Assembly: GCA_963715895.1 (NCBI GenBank)
Contig: OY970284.1
Coordinates: 5,167,600 to 5,231,599 of the forward strand
From: Thermoanaerobaculia bacterium
GTDB lineage: Bacteria; Acidobacteriota; Thermoanaerobaculia; Gp7-AA8
Length of the DNA stretch: 64,000 nt
Reading direction: 5' to 3'
The position numbers and the translations under genes were made by a program. Shown here in pieces: positions 17,939 to 25,867 of this stretch; position 1 is the stretch's first letter; each line of letters begins with the position of its first letter. The notes beneath the pieces were generated by a model, which was given only the letters and a program-made list of their open reading frames with translations, did no database searches and was not told where the DNA came from.

Positions 17939-18999
17939 TGCGTGGGAGGAGGTGCCGCCTCCTGGTTCCGTTTCTTCTTGCGGCCAAAGACCTGCCAGAG
18001 CTCCCGGCGGCCGAGCAATCCTTGTGGCCGGGTCAGCATCAGGACGATGAGCATGATCGAGTAGATGACCATGCGCGGATCCTTGTCAGCCATCGAATGC
18101 GGCATGAACCCCTTCGCCGCACGCAGCCCCTCCGGGAGGAAGGTGAGGATGATCGCGGCGACGACGGAGCCTGAGATCGAGCCGAGCCCGCCGAGGACCA
18201 CCATGGCCACGACCTCGAACGACTTCTGAAACATGAACGCCGTCGGGTTGAGATACATCGTGTAGTGCGCGTACAGACCGCCTGCCACACCAGCCAGGAA
18301 GGATCCGATGATGAAGGCTTTGACCTTGTAGCGCGTCGTATCCACGCCCATGGCCTCGGCGGCGATCTGATCTTCGCGTACAGCCAGAAAGGCCCGGCCG
18401 ACCGACGAGCGCACCAGCCGCCACGAGATGACGATGGTCAGTCCGCAGACGAGGAAGACCCAGAAGAAATTGCTCCACTGCGGGATGCCGCTGAAGCCGC
18501 GCGCGGCCCCGATCTTGTCGATGTTGAGGATGAACACCCGGATGATCTCGCCGAAGCCCAGGGTGACGATGGCCAGATAATCGCCCCGCAGCCGCAGCGA
18601 CGGCAGACCGACCACGTAGCCTGCAAGAGCCGCGAGCAGCCCTCCGCAGATGACCGCGACGACGAGGAAGACGTTCTGCATCACCCAGTGCAACGTTCCG
18701 GCCGGTATCTTGTCCAGCCGCGGAGCAAAGTGGTAGAAGCTGAGGTAGGCCGCAAAATAGGCGCCGACAGCCATGAATCCCGCGTGGCCGAGCGAAAACT
18801 GCCCGGCATGGCCGTTGATGATGTTCAGCGACACCGCAAGAATGATGTTGATCCCCATGAGGACGAGGATGCGGTTGTAGTAGGCGATTCCGACGATGGG
18901 AATCGCTTCCAACCCGTAGGAAAGTCCGACCAGCACGGCCACGAAGAGAGCCAGCAGGAGGAGGTCGCGGAGCCACCAGGGGATGGATTTGGGGGTCAC
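17935..18999 (-). CDS. livM: Branched-chain amino-acid ABC transporter permease
   Basis: It is a polytopic permease. The track ORF start (19080) translates the GAATGTT repeat (HSTFNIEHSTFNI), so the GTG at 18999 (VTPKSIPWW...) is preferred. Confidence 0.8.
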   Translation of the reverse strand: MTPKSIPWWLRDLLLLALFVAVLVGLSYGLEAIPIVGIAYYNRILVLMGINIILAVSLNIINGHAGQFSLGHAGFMAVGAYFAAYLSFYHFAPRLDKIPAGTLHWVMQNVFLVVAVICGGLLAALAGYVVGLPSLRLRGDYLAIVTLGFGEIIRVFILNIDKIGAARGFSGIPQWSNFFWVFLVCGLTIVISWRLVRSSVGRAFLAVREDQIAAEAMGVDTTRYKVKAFIIGSFLAGVAGGLYAHYTMYLNPTAFMFQKSFEVVAMVVLGGLGSISGSVVAAIILTFLPEGLRAAKGFMPHSMADKDPRMVIYSIMLIVLMLTRPQGLLGRRELWQVFGRKKKRNQEAAPPPTQ

Positions 19000-19016
19000 G
19001 CCCGGCCCCCGAAAGG

Positions 19017-19117
19017 CAATGTTGAATGTTGAATGTTCAATGTTGAATGTTGAATGAGGCTGCGCTCCGCCACAGGGCATTCAACATTCAACATTGAACA
19101 TTCGACATTCAACATTT
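19017..19117. repeat. Heptamer-arm hairpin element, GAATGTT flavour (livH-livM junction)
   Basis: The left arm is AATGTTGAATGTTGAATGTTCAATGTTGAATGTTGAATG. The loop is AGGCTGCGCTCCGCCACAGGG. The right arm is CATTCAACATTCAACATTGAACATTCGACATTCAACATT. Confidence 0.9.
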
Positions 19118-19123
19118 CGGTTC

Positions 19124-20038
19124 TCAAACCTTCTCCGCCTGATACTTCCCAAACAGTCCCGACGGACGGAACAGCAGGATGGCGATCAGGATGATGAAAG
19201 CAATGGCGTCGCGGTAGCTGGAGAACTGGCTGCCGCCGACGAACGATTCGATGATGCCGATGATCAGCCCTCCGATCACGGCCCCCGGAACGTTGCCGAT
19301 CCCGCCGAGCACGGCAGCGATGAAGGCCTTGAGGCCGGGCATGATCCCCATGAGCGGATCGATCTTCGGATACGAGAGGCCGTAGAGGATGCCGGCCACC
19401 GCGGCGAGCACCGAGCCGATGATGAAGGTCATGGAGATGACCCGGTCGGTCGGGATCCCCATCAGCGAGGCTGTCTCGAAGTTGTATGAGACGGCGCGCA
19501 TGGCCCGCCCGAACTTCGTGCCGTAGATGATGTACTGCAAGAGGCCCATGAAGATCACCGCCACGACCAGGACGATGATCTGGTAGTTGGTCGTGGTCAC
19601 GCCGCCGAAGGTGATGAGGTGCTTCTCGACGAGCGTGGGGAAGAATTTCGGATCGGCGCCGAAGACGAACTGGCCGCCGTACTCGAGCAGAAACGAGACA
19701 CCGATGGCGGTGATCAGCGATGCGATGCGCGGGGCGTCGCGCAGAGGCCGGTAGGCGATCCGTTCGTTGAGGAACCCGAACAGGCCGCAGACCACCATGG
19801 CGATGAGCATGACCAGCCCCGCGTAACCCCAGCCGAGGGGACCGCTATGGTTCGGGAGCATCCGGGCGGCGTAGCCGCCGGCGTAGAAGCCGACGAAGGC
19901 GCCGAGCATGAACACGTCGCCGTGAGCGAAGTTGATCAGCTTCAGGATGCCGTACACCATCGTGTAGCCGAGGGCGATCAGCGCGTAAATCGCGCCGACG
20001 GCAATCCCGTTCAGTAGATTCTGGAGGATCTCCTGCAT
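19124..20038 (-). CDS. livH: Branched-chain amino-acid ABC transporter permease
   Basis: It is a 304-aa polytopic protein with the typical LivH start MQEILQNLLNGIAVGAIYALIALGYTMVYG. Confidence 0.9.
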   Translation of the reverse strand: MQEILQNLLNGIAVGAIYALIALGYTMVYGILKLINFAHGDVFMLGAFVGFYAGGYAARMLPNHSGPLGWGYAGLVMLIAMVVCGLFGFLNERIAYRPLRDAPRIASLITAIGVSFLLEYGGQFVFGADPKFFPTLVEKHLITFGGVTTTNYQIIVLVVAVIFMGLLQYIIYGTKFGRAMRAVSYNFETASLMGIPTDRVISMTFIIGSVLAAVAGILYGLSYPKIDPLMGIMPGLKAFIAAVLGGIGNVPGAVIGGLIIGIIESFVGGSQFSSYRDAIAFIILIAILLFRPSGLFGKYQAEKV

Positions 20039-20059
20039 TCAGTGACCGTTGTGGTGTGT

Positions 20060-20198
20060 GGGCTCGCCCTGTTGTCGGTTGTCGGTTATCAGTTGTCAGA
20101 CCGAAAAAAAAGTCCGGCGAACGCTACTCGCCGGACCGGGTTGTGTAAAGACAAATTCGTGTGTCGGGTGTCGGACCGATAACCGACAACCGACAACT
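20060..20198. repeat. Heptamer-arm hairpin element, copy E (livK-livH junction)
   Basis: The left arm is CCTGTTGTCGGTTGTCGGTTATCAGTTGTCAG and the right arm is GTGTCGGACCGATAACCGACAACCGACAAC. The loop carries an intrinsic terminator. Confidence 0.85.
20104..20136 (-). terminator. Rho-independent terminator after livK (intra-operon attenuator)
   Basis: The minus strand reads GTCCGGCGA-GTAGCGT-TCGCCGGAC followed by T8. Confidence 0.8.
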
Positions 20199-20201
20199 AT
20201 T

Positions 20202-21482
20202 CTATTTCCCGCCCGTGGTCGTCGTCGCCGCCGCTGGCGGCGGACCGCCTGTGGTCGTGGTGGCCGCGGCCGGAGCGTTGTTCATCTCCACTTTGCCGCC
20301 CTTGGACGGATCGATCGTGGCCTTGAGCGTGAGCTGGCCGTTCTTGATCTCTTCGATGACGAGCTTCTTGCCCATGGCGTTGCGCTCGGGTCCGATGTTG
20401 ATCGTGCCGGTGACGCCGACCAGACCCTTGGTCTGGCCGATGGCGTCGCGGAGCGACGGCCCGTCCAGCTTCGAGGCCCGCTTCATCGAGTCAGCCAGCG
20501 TCTTCATGGCGTCATAGCCGAGTGCGGCAAGGGCGTCCGGGATCTGGCCGTAGCGCTCCTTGTACTTCTGCACGAAGCTGCTGACCACCGGCGAGGGGTC
20601 GGCGTAGAAGTAATGGTTGGTGTAGAAGCAGCCCTCGAGGGCCTTGCCACCGATCTCGATCAGCTTCGGCGACTCCCAGCCGTCGCCGCCGAGGAGCGGA
20701 GCGGTGATGCCGAGGTCGCGGGCCTGGATGGCGATCTGACCGATGTCGGTGTAGTAGCCGGGGACGTACAGCAGCGAGGGGTTGGTGCCCTTGATGGCCG
20801 TGAGCTGCGAGCGGAAGTCGCTGTCGCCGTTGGCGTAGCTCTGGGTTCCCACGATCTTGCCGCCGAGGGCGGTGAACTTCGCCGTGAAGACCTTGGCCAG
20901 ACCCTGCGAGTAGTCGCTCTTGACGTCGGTGAGCATGGCCACGCTCTTCGGTTTGCCGCTGGTTGTGGCCCATTGGTCGGCGAAGACGGCCTGGTACTCG
21001 CCCTGATAGCTGTCGGTGAAGCAGATGCGGAAGATGTAGTCACCCTTTTTGGTAACCTCGTCGTTGGTCGACGACGGGGTGATCATCGGCACCTTGTTGG
21101 ACTGGCAGATCGGTGCGGCGGCGATGGAGGCGGACGATGCCACTTCCCCGATGATGGCCAGCACGTTGTTCTGCGAGATCAGCTTGGTGACGGCGTTGGC
21201 CGCCTCTTCCTGCTTGGACTGATCGTCCTCGCTGAGGACTTTGATCTTGCGGCCGTTGATGCCGCCGGCGGCGTTGACTTCGTCAGCCGCCATCATGATG
21301 CCGTTGTGGGTCGACTGACCAAACGTGGCCTGTGGCCCGGTCATCGATCCGTACTCGCCGACGAGGATATCCCCCCCGGCCGCGCCCGTGCTGGTGTTTC
21401 CGGTCCCTTCCTTCGGCGGACAGCCCAGAAGTCCGAATGACAACACCGCGAGCGAGATGAAAATGATTAGGTTCTTTCGCAT
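20202..21482 (-). CDS. livK: Branched-chain amino-acid ABC transporter substrate-binding lipoprotein with an A/T/G/P-rich C-terminal tail
   Basis: A lipobox-like signal is present (LSFGLLGCPP). The body belongs to the Leu/Ile/Val-binding family. The C-terminal tail is NNAPAAATTTTGGPPPAAATTTTGGK. Confidence 0.85.
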   Translation of the reverse strand: MRKNLIIFISLAVLSFGLLGCPPKEGTGNTSTGAAGGDILVGEYGSMTGPQATFGQSTHNGIMMAADEVNAAGGINGRKIKVLSEDDQSKQEEAANAVTKLISQNNVLAIIGEVASSASIAAAPICQSNKVPMITPSSTNDEVTKKGDYIFRICFTDSYQGEYQAVFADQWATTSGKPKSVAMLTDVKSDYSQGLAKVFTAKFTALGGKIVGTQSYANGDSDFRSQLTAIKGTNPSLLYVPGYYTDIGQIAIQARDLGITAPLLGGDGWESPKLIEIGGKALEGCFYTNHYFYADPSPVVSSFVQKYKERYGQIPDALAALGYDAMKTLADSMKRASKLDGPSLRDAIGQTKGLVGVTGTINIGPERNAMGKKLVIEEIKNGQLTLKATIDPSKGGKVEMNNAPAAATTTTGGPPPAAATTTTGGK

Positions 21483-21582
21483 AGATCTCCCCTCAAAGAG
21501 CCCGGATTGTACAGCACGCGAGGAAGGCCGCTGACGGCGCCAGGCTCCGGACTGAACAACCTCAGCGCTCGACCGGACCTCA

Positions 21583-21622
21583 GGGGAACCGCGTGGGGCC
21601 GAGGGGGAACCGCGTGGGGCCG
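21583..21622. repeat. Short tandem duplication upstream of livK
   Basis: GGGGAACCGCGTGGGGCCG occurs twice with a 21-nt period (21583-21601 and 21604-21622). Confidence 0.85.
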
Positions 21623-21660
21623 GACCTTCTATTCCCGCTGACGGTTAGAGCGCACCCTCC

Positions 21661-22074
21661 TCACGGCTCCTGACTGATGAAGATCTTGTTGCCGTAGAGA
21701 TCCTCGAGCTGCACGCCGGTGCCCCACGGACCCGACTGCGGTTCGCCGAGGAACGTAACTCCCAGGGGCTTCATCCGCGTGTAATCGGCCACGCAGTCGG
21801 AGGTGTCGACTCCCAACAAGGCGTGACTGCCGGCTTGTTTGCCCACCAAGGCCTTGTCCTCGGCGGTCGTGGCCAGCTCGAGCGCGAGCGTCAGGTCTCT
21901 GTTCCCCGGCAGCGAAATGGTGACCCAGCGATTCTCGCCGAAGGCCTTGTCCTCGACGAGCTCGAAGCCGAGCTTCCGTGTGTAAAACTCGATAGCCGCG
22001 TCGTAATCGAGAACCAGCACGCTGATGATCTTGACCTTGTTCATGTTGTCGCCTCCCGTTGTGTTTTCGCTCAT
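21661..22074 (-). CDS. VOC family (glyoxalase/bleomycin-resistance/dioxygenase) protein
   Basis: The protein is 137 aa. The patterns VLVLDYDAAIEFYTRKLGFELVEDK and PWGTGVQLEDLYGNKIFI are typical VOC fold. Confidence 0.8.
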   Translation of the reverse strand: MSENTTGGDNMNKVKIISVLVLDYDAAIEFYTRKLGFELVEDKAFGENRWVTISLPGNRDLTLALELATTAEDKALVGKQAGSHALLGVDTSDCVADYTRMKPLGVTFLGEPQSGPWGTGVQLEDLYGNKIFISQEP

Positions 22075-22083
22075 GCCGCCAAT

Positions 22084-22977
22084 TTAGCCGCGGCCGCGCG
22101 ACGGGACTTGTAGAAAAACGACATTGTCGTGGTCACGCAGGATGCCTTGAATGTCCCTCATCTCGCGGGCGAACTGGCCCGGTGTACGGCCGGCGAGCTC
22201 CCGGAAGTCGTGGATGAAGTGTGCCTGGTCGGTGTACCCGTACTCGTGAGCCAGGTCCGTCAGGCTCTGGTCGGGGGTGAACATCAGACGCTTGCGAATC
22301 TCCTCGAAACGGATGGCGCGGGCCAGCGTCTTTGGTGAAACGCCGACCACGTCCTGGAACTGCCGCTGAAGCTGGCGGCTGGAGAGGTTGCATTGCTCCG
22401 CAAGCTCGGTGAGTCGGAACTGGCCCTTCCGGAGGTGCAGCATGCGCGCGGCGGCCTTGATCTTTCCAGGATCGACCGTAGCCGTGAGGAGTCTTTCAAT
22501 CAGGTGATCTTCGACGACGGTCACCGCGGTGTCGTATTCACCCGCGAGGACCGCCGGCTCAACCTTCGCTGCCAGCTCCTCCCACTGCTGACCGATCGCC
22601 GTCCTCAGGTTATTGCCGCCCCGCGCCCCATCGGCGAGGAAGGGGAATGCGCCCCAGGCGTGGAATCGTATGGCCACGATCCTGACGGTGCCGCGGCAGC
22701 GGAAGAGCAGTGGTTTCTGGTGAAGTCCGACCAGGATGGCCCTCGGCATCTCGCGATCAGGCACGCCCTCCGCGTGCAGGACATAAGGGTCGCCGAAGTT
22801 CAGGATCAGCTCGATGTACGCATCCGGCGTGACATCCTCGGCAGGATGCTCAGCCGTGTACTCCCGCTCCATGATCCAGAAGCACTTGACGTGGCCCTGA
22901 AGCGATACGTGGGGGACGTGCTCCTTGTATTTCACGTTCGACCCAGGAGAATAACCCTCCGCGGCCCGGCGCTCCAT
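22084..22977 (-). CDS. AraC family transcriptional regulator
   Basis: The C-terminal HTH is LTELAEQCNLSSRQLQRQFQDVVGVSPKTLARAIRFEEIRKRL...LAHEYGYTDQAHFIHDFRELAGRTPGQF. It lies immediately upstream of the VOC gene. Confidence 0.8.
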   Translation of the reverse strand: MERRAAEGYSPGSNVKYKEHVPHVSLQGHVKCFWIMEREYTAEHPAEDVTPDAYIELILNFGDPYVLHAEGVPDREMPRAILVGLHQKPLLFRCRGTVRIVAIRFHAWGAFPFLADGARGGNNLRTAIGQQWEELAAKVEPAVLAGEYDTAVTVVEDHLIERLLTATVDPGKIKAAARMLHLRKGQFRLTELAEQCNLSSRQLQRQFQDVVGVSPKTLARAIRFEEIRKRLMFTPDQSLTDLAHEYGYTDQAHFIHDFRELAGRTPGQFAREMRDIQGILRDHDNVVFLQVPSRGRG

Positions 22978-23079
22978 CCGCGCGGGGTCAGGAACGCTCG
23001 CTCAACTATTCGCCTTCTCCGCCATCGTAAACGGGAAGACATACGTCGCTCCGCGCCGGTCGGACGGGAATGCCTGGAC

Positions 23080-23433
23080 TCAGCGAGCGAAAACAAAGCG
23101 GACCACGGCGAAGCCAACTCCCAACGCAGCGGCACTAAGAAACCGGCGGAACGGTTCCGCGTTTGCCGATTCTTTGCGTATTTCGAGAAAGAAAAAAAGA
23201 GCTCCCAGACCGAGAGGGACAACCACAAGCGCCACGGCGCGCACTGAAGAGGACGCGATGAGATGCTGAGAGAACCGAAGTGTCGCTGTTCCGAGCACGA
23301 TTCCGGTAAGGCAGTGGCCGAGCACCGCTACGAAGTCGGATTTCCATCCTTCCCACGCCACGCGGTCCGCCAGGAAGTCGAAGAAAACCTCTCCCATGAT
23401 CTGAACGCCTATCTCGATCAGGAACTCGATCAT
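23080..23433 (-). CDS. Hypothetical small membrane protein
   Basis: The protein is 117 aa with several hydrophobic segments. It lies in a visibly AT-richer stretch. No family was recognised. Confidence 0.4.
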   Translation of the reverse strand: MIEFLIEIGVQIMGEVFFDFLADRVAWEGWKSDFVAVLGHCLTGIVLGTATLRFSQHLIASSSVRAVALVVVPLGLGALFFFLEIRKESANAEPFRRFLSAAALGVGFAVVRFVFAR

Positions 23434-23599
23434 CCATCACTTCCCGGCTCCATTTTCTGCGATCTTTGAGAAGGAAAGCTGCTTCCCGTCGCATGGGGTC
23501 AGGCCCTCGATTCTTGTCCGCATTCTCTCTCGAAGACAAAGGCGGCCCCGAGATCTCGCGATTGAAACCCAGTCGCGGTGAGCATGCTATTCTCGACGC

Positions 23600-23764
23600 A
23601 TGGAATGGCGTGAAATCATGCCGCCGGTCGTGAAGCCCGATAACGTCGACCCCAAGATCGCGCACGAGACGTTGCTCGAGATCATCGCCGAGCGTAAGGC
23701 GCGGGAAGAGCGCCGGAAATCGAAGCCGGCCAAGTCCGGCAACACCAGACGAGCGAAACGTTAA
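23600..23764 (+). CDS. Hypothetical 54-aa basic-tailed protein (not in the ORF track)
   Basis: The translation is MEWREIMPPVVKPDNVDPKIAHETLLEIIAERKAREERRKSKPAKSGNTRRAKR. Its stop lies 1 nt before the GTG start of the TIR-like gene. Confidence 0.3.
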   Translation: MEWREIMPPVVKPDNVDPKIAHETLLEIIAERKAREERRKSKPAKSGNTRRAKR

Positions 23765-23765
23765 C

Positions 23766-24395
23766 GTGAGCGACCGGTCGTACGATCGCAGCGTCTTCGT
23801 CAACTGTCCGTTCGATCGCGCCTATCGGCCGATGCTCCGGGCAATCATGTTCGCCATTCATGATTGCGGTTTCACAGTCCGCTCAGCGCTGGAAGTTCAG
23901 GACTCCAGCGACGTAAGATTTCAAAAGATCGTGCGGATCATCCGCGGTTCTCAATTTGCGATCCACGACATCTCGCGGGTCCAGCTCGACCGAACCACTC
24001 GTCTCCCACGTTTCAATATGCCTCTCGAGCTTGGGCTGTTCCTCGGCGCGAAGGAGTTCGGTGATTCCGAGCAACATGCAAAGCACTCGCTCGTTCTTGA
24101 TCGGATGCCGTATCGGTACCAGAAGTTCTGCTCAGACCTCGCCGGACAGGACATCGAAGCGCATCACAATCGTCCGTCACGAGCGATCGAGCTCGTGCGC
24201 AACTGGCTGAGCGGACCAGGCGGAGAACGAGGAAAACTCATCCCAAGCGGGTCCGTCATCGCGGCGCGCTACGAAAACTTCGTGGCTGACCTGCCGCGCT
24301 GGTGCGAGCGGCAGAAGCTCGTCCTATCGCGGTTGACCTACGGTGACGACGACTCGCTGATCACGGACTGGCTTAGAACCAATCCGATCATCTGA
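23766..24395 (+). CDS. TIR-like nucleotide-binding domain protein (COG4271/PF10137-like)
   Basis: A TIR-like layout is present: SVFVNCPFDRAYRPMLRAIMFAIHDCGF ... QFAIHDIS ... PRFNMPLELGLFLGA ... FCSDLAGQDI. This is similar to the xRxNVxxELGyFxG / SDLxG pattern of TIR-like predicted nucleotide-binding proteins. The assignment is from memory of the motif, not from a search. Confidence 0.45.
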   Translation: MSDRSYDRSVFVNCPFDRAYRPMLRAIMFAIHDCGFTVRSALEVQDSSDVRFQKIVRIIRGSQFAIHDISRVQLDRTTRLPRFNMPLELGLFLGAKEFGDSEQHAKHSLVLDRMPYRYQKFCSDLAGQDIEAHHNRPSRAIELVRNWLSGPGGERGKLIPSGSVIAARYENFVADLPRWCERQKLVLSRLTYGDDDSLITDWLRTNPII

Positions 24396-24397
24396 CC

Positions 24398-25867
24398 CTA
24401 CAAATTCACCCACACGCTCTTCGTCTGCATGTACTTCTCCAGCGCGTCCCGCCCCTGATCCCGCCCGAATCCCGATTCCTTGAAGCCGCCGAACGGCAAC
24501 GCCGGGTCGTAGAGGTTGTAGCTGTTGATCCAGACCGTGCCGGCTTTGATGGAGCGGGCGATGCGGTGGGCTTTGGAGATGTCGCGGGTCCAGACGGCGG
24601 CGGCGAGGCCGTAGACGGTGGCGTTGCCTTTGGCGATGGCGTCGTCGGCGTCCTTGAATCGGATGGTTGCCAGGACCGGACCGAAGATCTCTTCGCGGGC
24701 GATGCGGTGATCGACTTCGACGTCGTCGAAGATGGTCGGCTTGACGAAGTAGCCCTTGCCGGTGCCGATGTCGGTCCGTTCCCCGCCGGCGACGAGCTTG
24801 GCGCCGTCGCTCTTGCCGGCCTCGATGTACGACAGCACGGTTTCCATCTGTTCTTTGGAGACCAAAGCGCCGAGGCGCGTCTTGGGGTGGAGAGGGTCGG
24901 CGGCCACCATCTTGCTGGCGCGCTCGGTCACCTTGGCCATCAGCTCGTCGTGCGCGGATTCCTCGACGAGGAGCCGCGAACCGGCGGCGCAGACTTCCCC
25001 TTTGCCGTAGAAGATGGCGTTCAGCGCGCCGCGGGCGGCGGCTTCGAGATCGGCGTCGGCGAAGACGATGTTCGGCGACTTGCCCCCGAGCTCGAGCGAC
25101 ACCTTCTTCAACGTCTTCGCCGCGCGGGCCATGATCCCTCTCCCCACCTCGGCGGATCCGGTGAAAGCGATGGCATCGACGCCGGGATGATCGACCAGGG
25201 CGTTGCCAACCACGGAGCCGCGTCCCGGGACGACGTTCAGGACACCGGCCGGCAGGCCGCACTCTTTGGCGTACTCGGCGAACTTAAGCAGCGAGAGCGA
25301 AGTATTCGACGCCGGCTTGATCACTACGGTGTTGCCGCACGCCAGGGCGGGAGCGATCTTCCAGACCGCCAGCATCAGCGGGAAGTTCCACGGCGTGATG
25401 GCGCCGACGACGCCGACCGGCTCGCGCAGCGTGTAGGTGAAGGCGTTGTCGGCGATGGGGATGGTCTCGCCGGTCACTTTTCCGCTCCAGCCCGCGAAGT
25501 AGTACAGGCACTCCGCCGCGGCGGGCGTATCGACGTACTGCGATTCGAAGATCGGCTTGCCGTTGTCGATAGTCTCGATGCGTCCGATGTCGGCGGCGCG
25601 GGCGCTGAGCATGTCGGCGATACGCCAGAGCACCTTGGCGCGGTCGCGCGGCTTCATCTTCTGCCAGTCGCTCCCCGGCTCCATCTGCGCGCGGGCGGCG
25701 CGTACGGCGGCATCGACGTCCTCCGCTCCCGCCGAGGCGATGTCGGTGATCTTCTCCTCGGTGGCGGGATTGGTGGTGGCAAAGGTCTCGCCGGATCGGG
25801 CGTCGACGAATTCGCCGTTGATGAAGAGCTGGTTCCGGATGGTTCCTTCTTCTGGAATCACGCTCAT
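24398..25867 (-). CDS. NAD(P)-dependent aldehyde dehydrogenase
   Basis: ALDH motifs are present: VSLELGGKSP, GEVCAAGSRLLV (catalytic Cys) and EEIFGPV. Confidence 0.9.
   Translation of the reverse strand: MSVIPEEGTIRNQLFINGEFVDARSGETFATTNPATEEKITDIASAGAEDVDAAVRAARAQMEPGSDWQKMKPRDRAKVLWRIADMLSARAADIGRIETIDNGKPIFESQYVDTPAAAECLYYFAGWSGKVTGETIPIADNAFTYTLREPVGVVGAITPWNFPLMLAVWKIAPALACGNTVVIKPASNTSLSLLKFAEYAKECGLPAGVLNVVPGRGSVVGNALVDHPGVDAIAFTGSAEVGRGIMARAAKTLKKVSLELGGKSPNIVFADADLEAAARGALNAIFYGKGEVCAAGSRLLVEESAHDELMAKVTERASKMVAADPLHPKTRLGALVSKEQMETVLSYIEAGKSDGAKLVAGGERTDIGTGKGYFVKPTIFDDVEVDHRIAREEIFGPVLATIRFKDADDAIAKGNATVYGLAAAVWTRDISKAHRIARSIKAGTVWINSYNLYDPALPFGGFKESGFGRDQGRDALEKYMQTKSVWVNL

Noticed and set aside
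19017-19117. N-terminal extensions of livM (HSTFNIEHSTFNI) and enoyl-CoA hydratase (TDNRQPTTDNR), and the C-terminal LSVVG of the methyltransferase
   Set aside because: These peptide segments are translations of the repeat-arm hairpin elements. Starts downstream of the repeats give proteins that begin at conserved family N-termini.
23135-23803. 222-aa minus-strand ORF spanning the AT-richer islet
   Set aside because: It overlaps the 117-aa membrane ORF and the small plus-strand ORF. Its translation is Arg/Ser/Pro-rich and non-protein-like, and it has no RBS.
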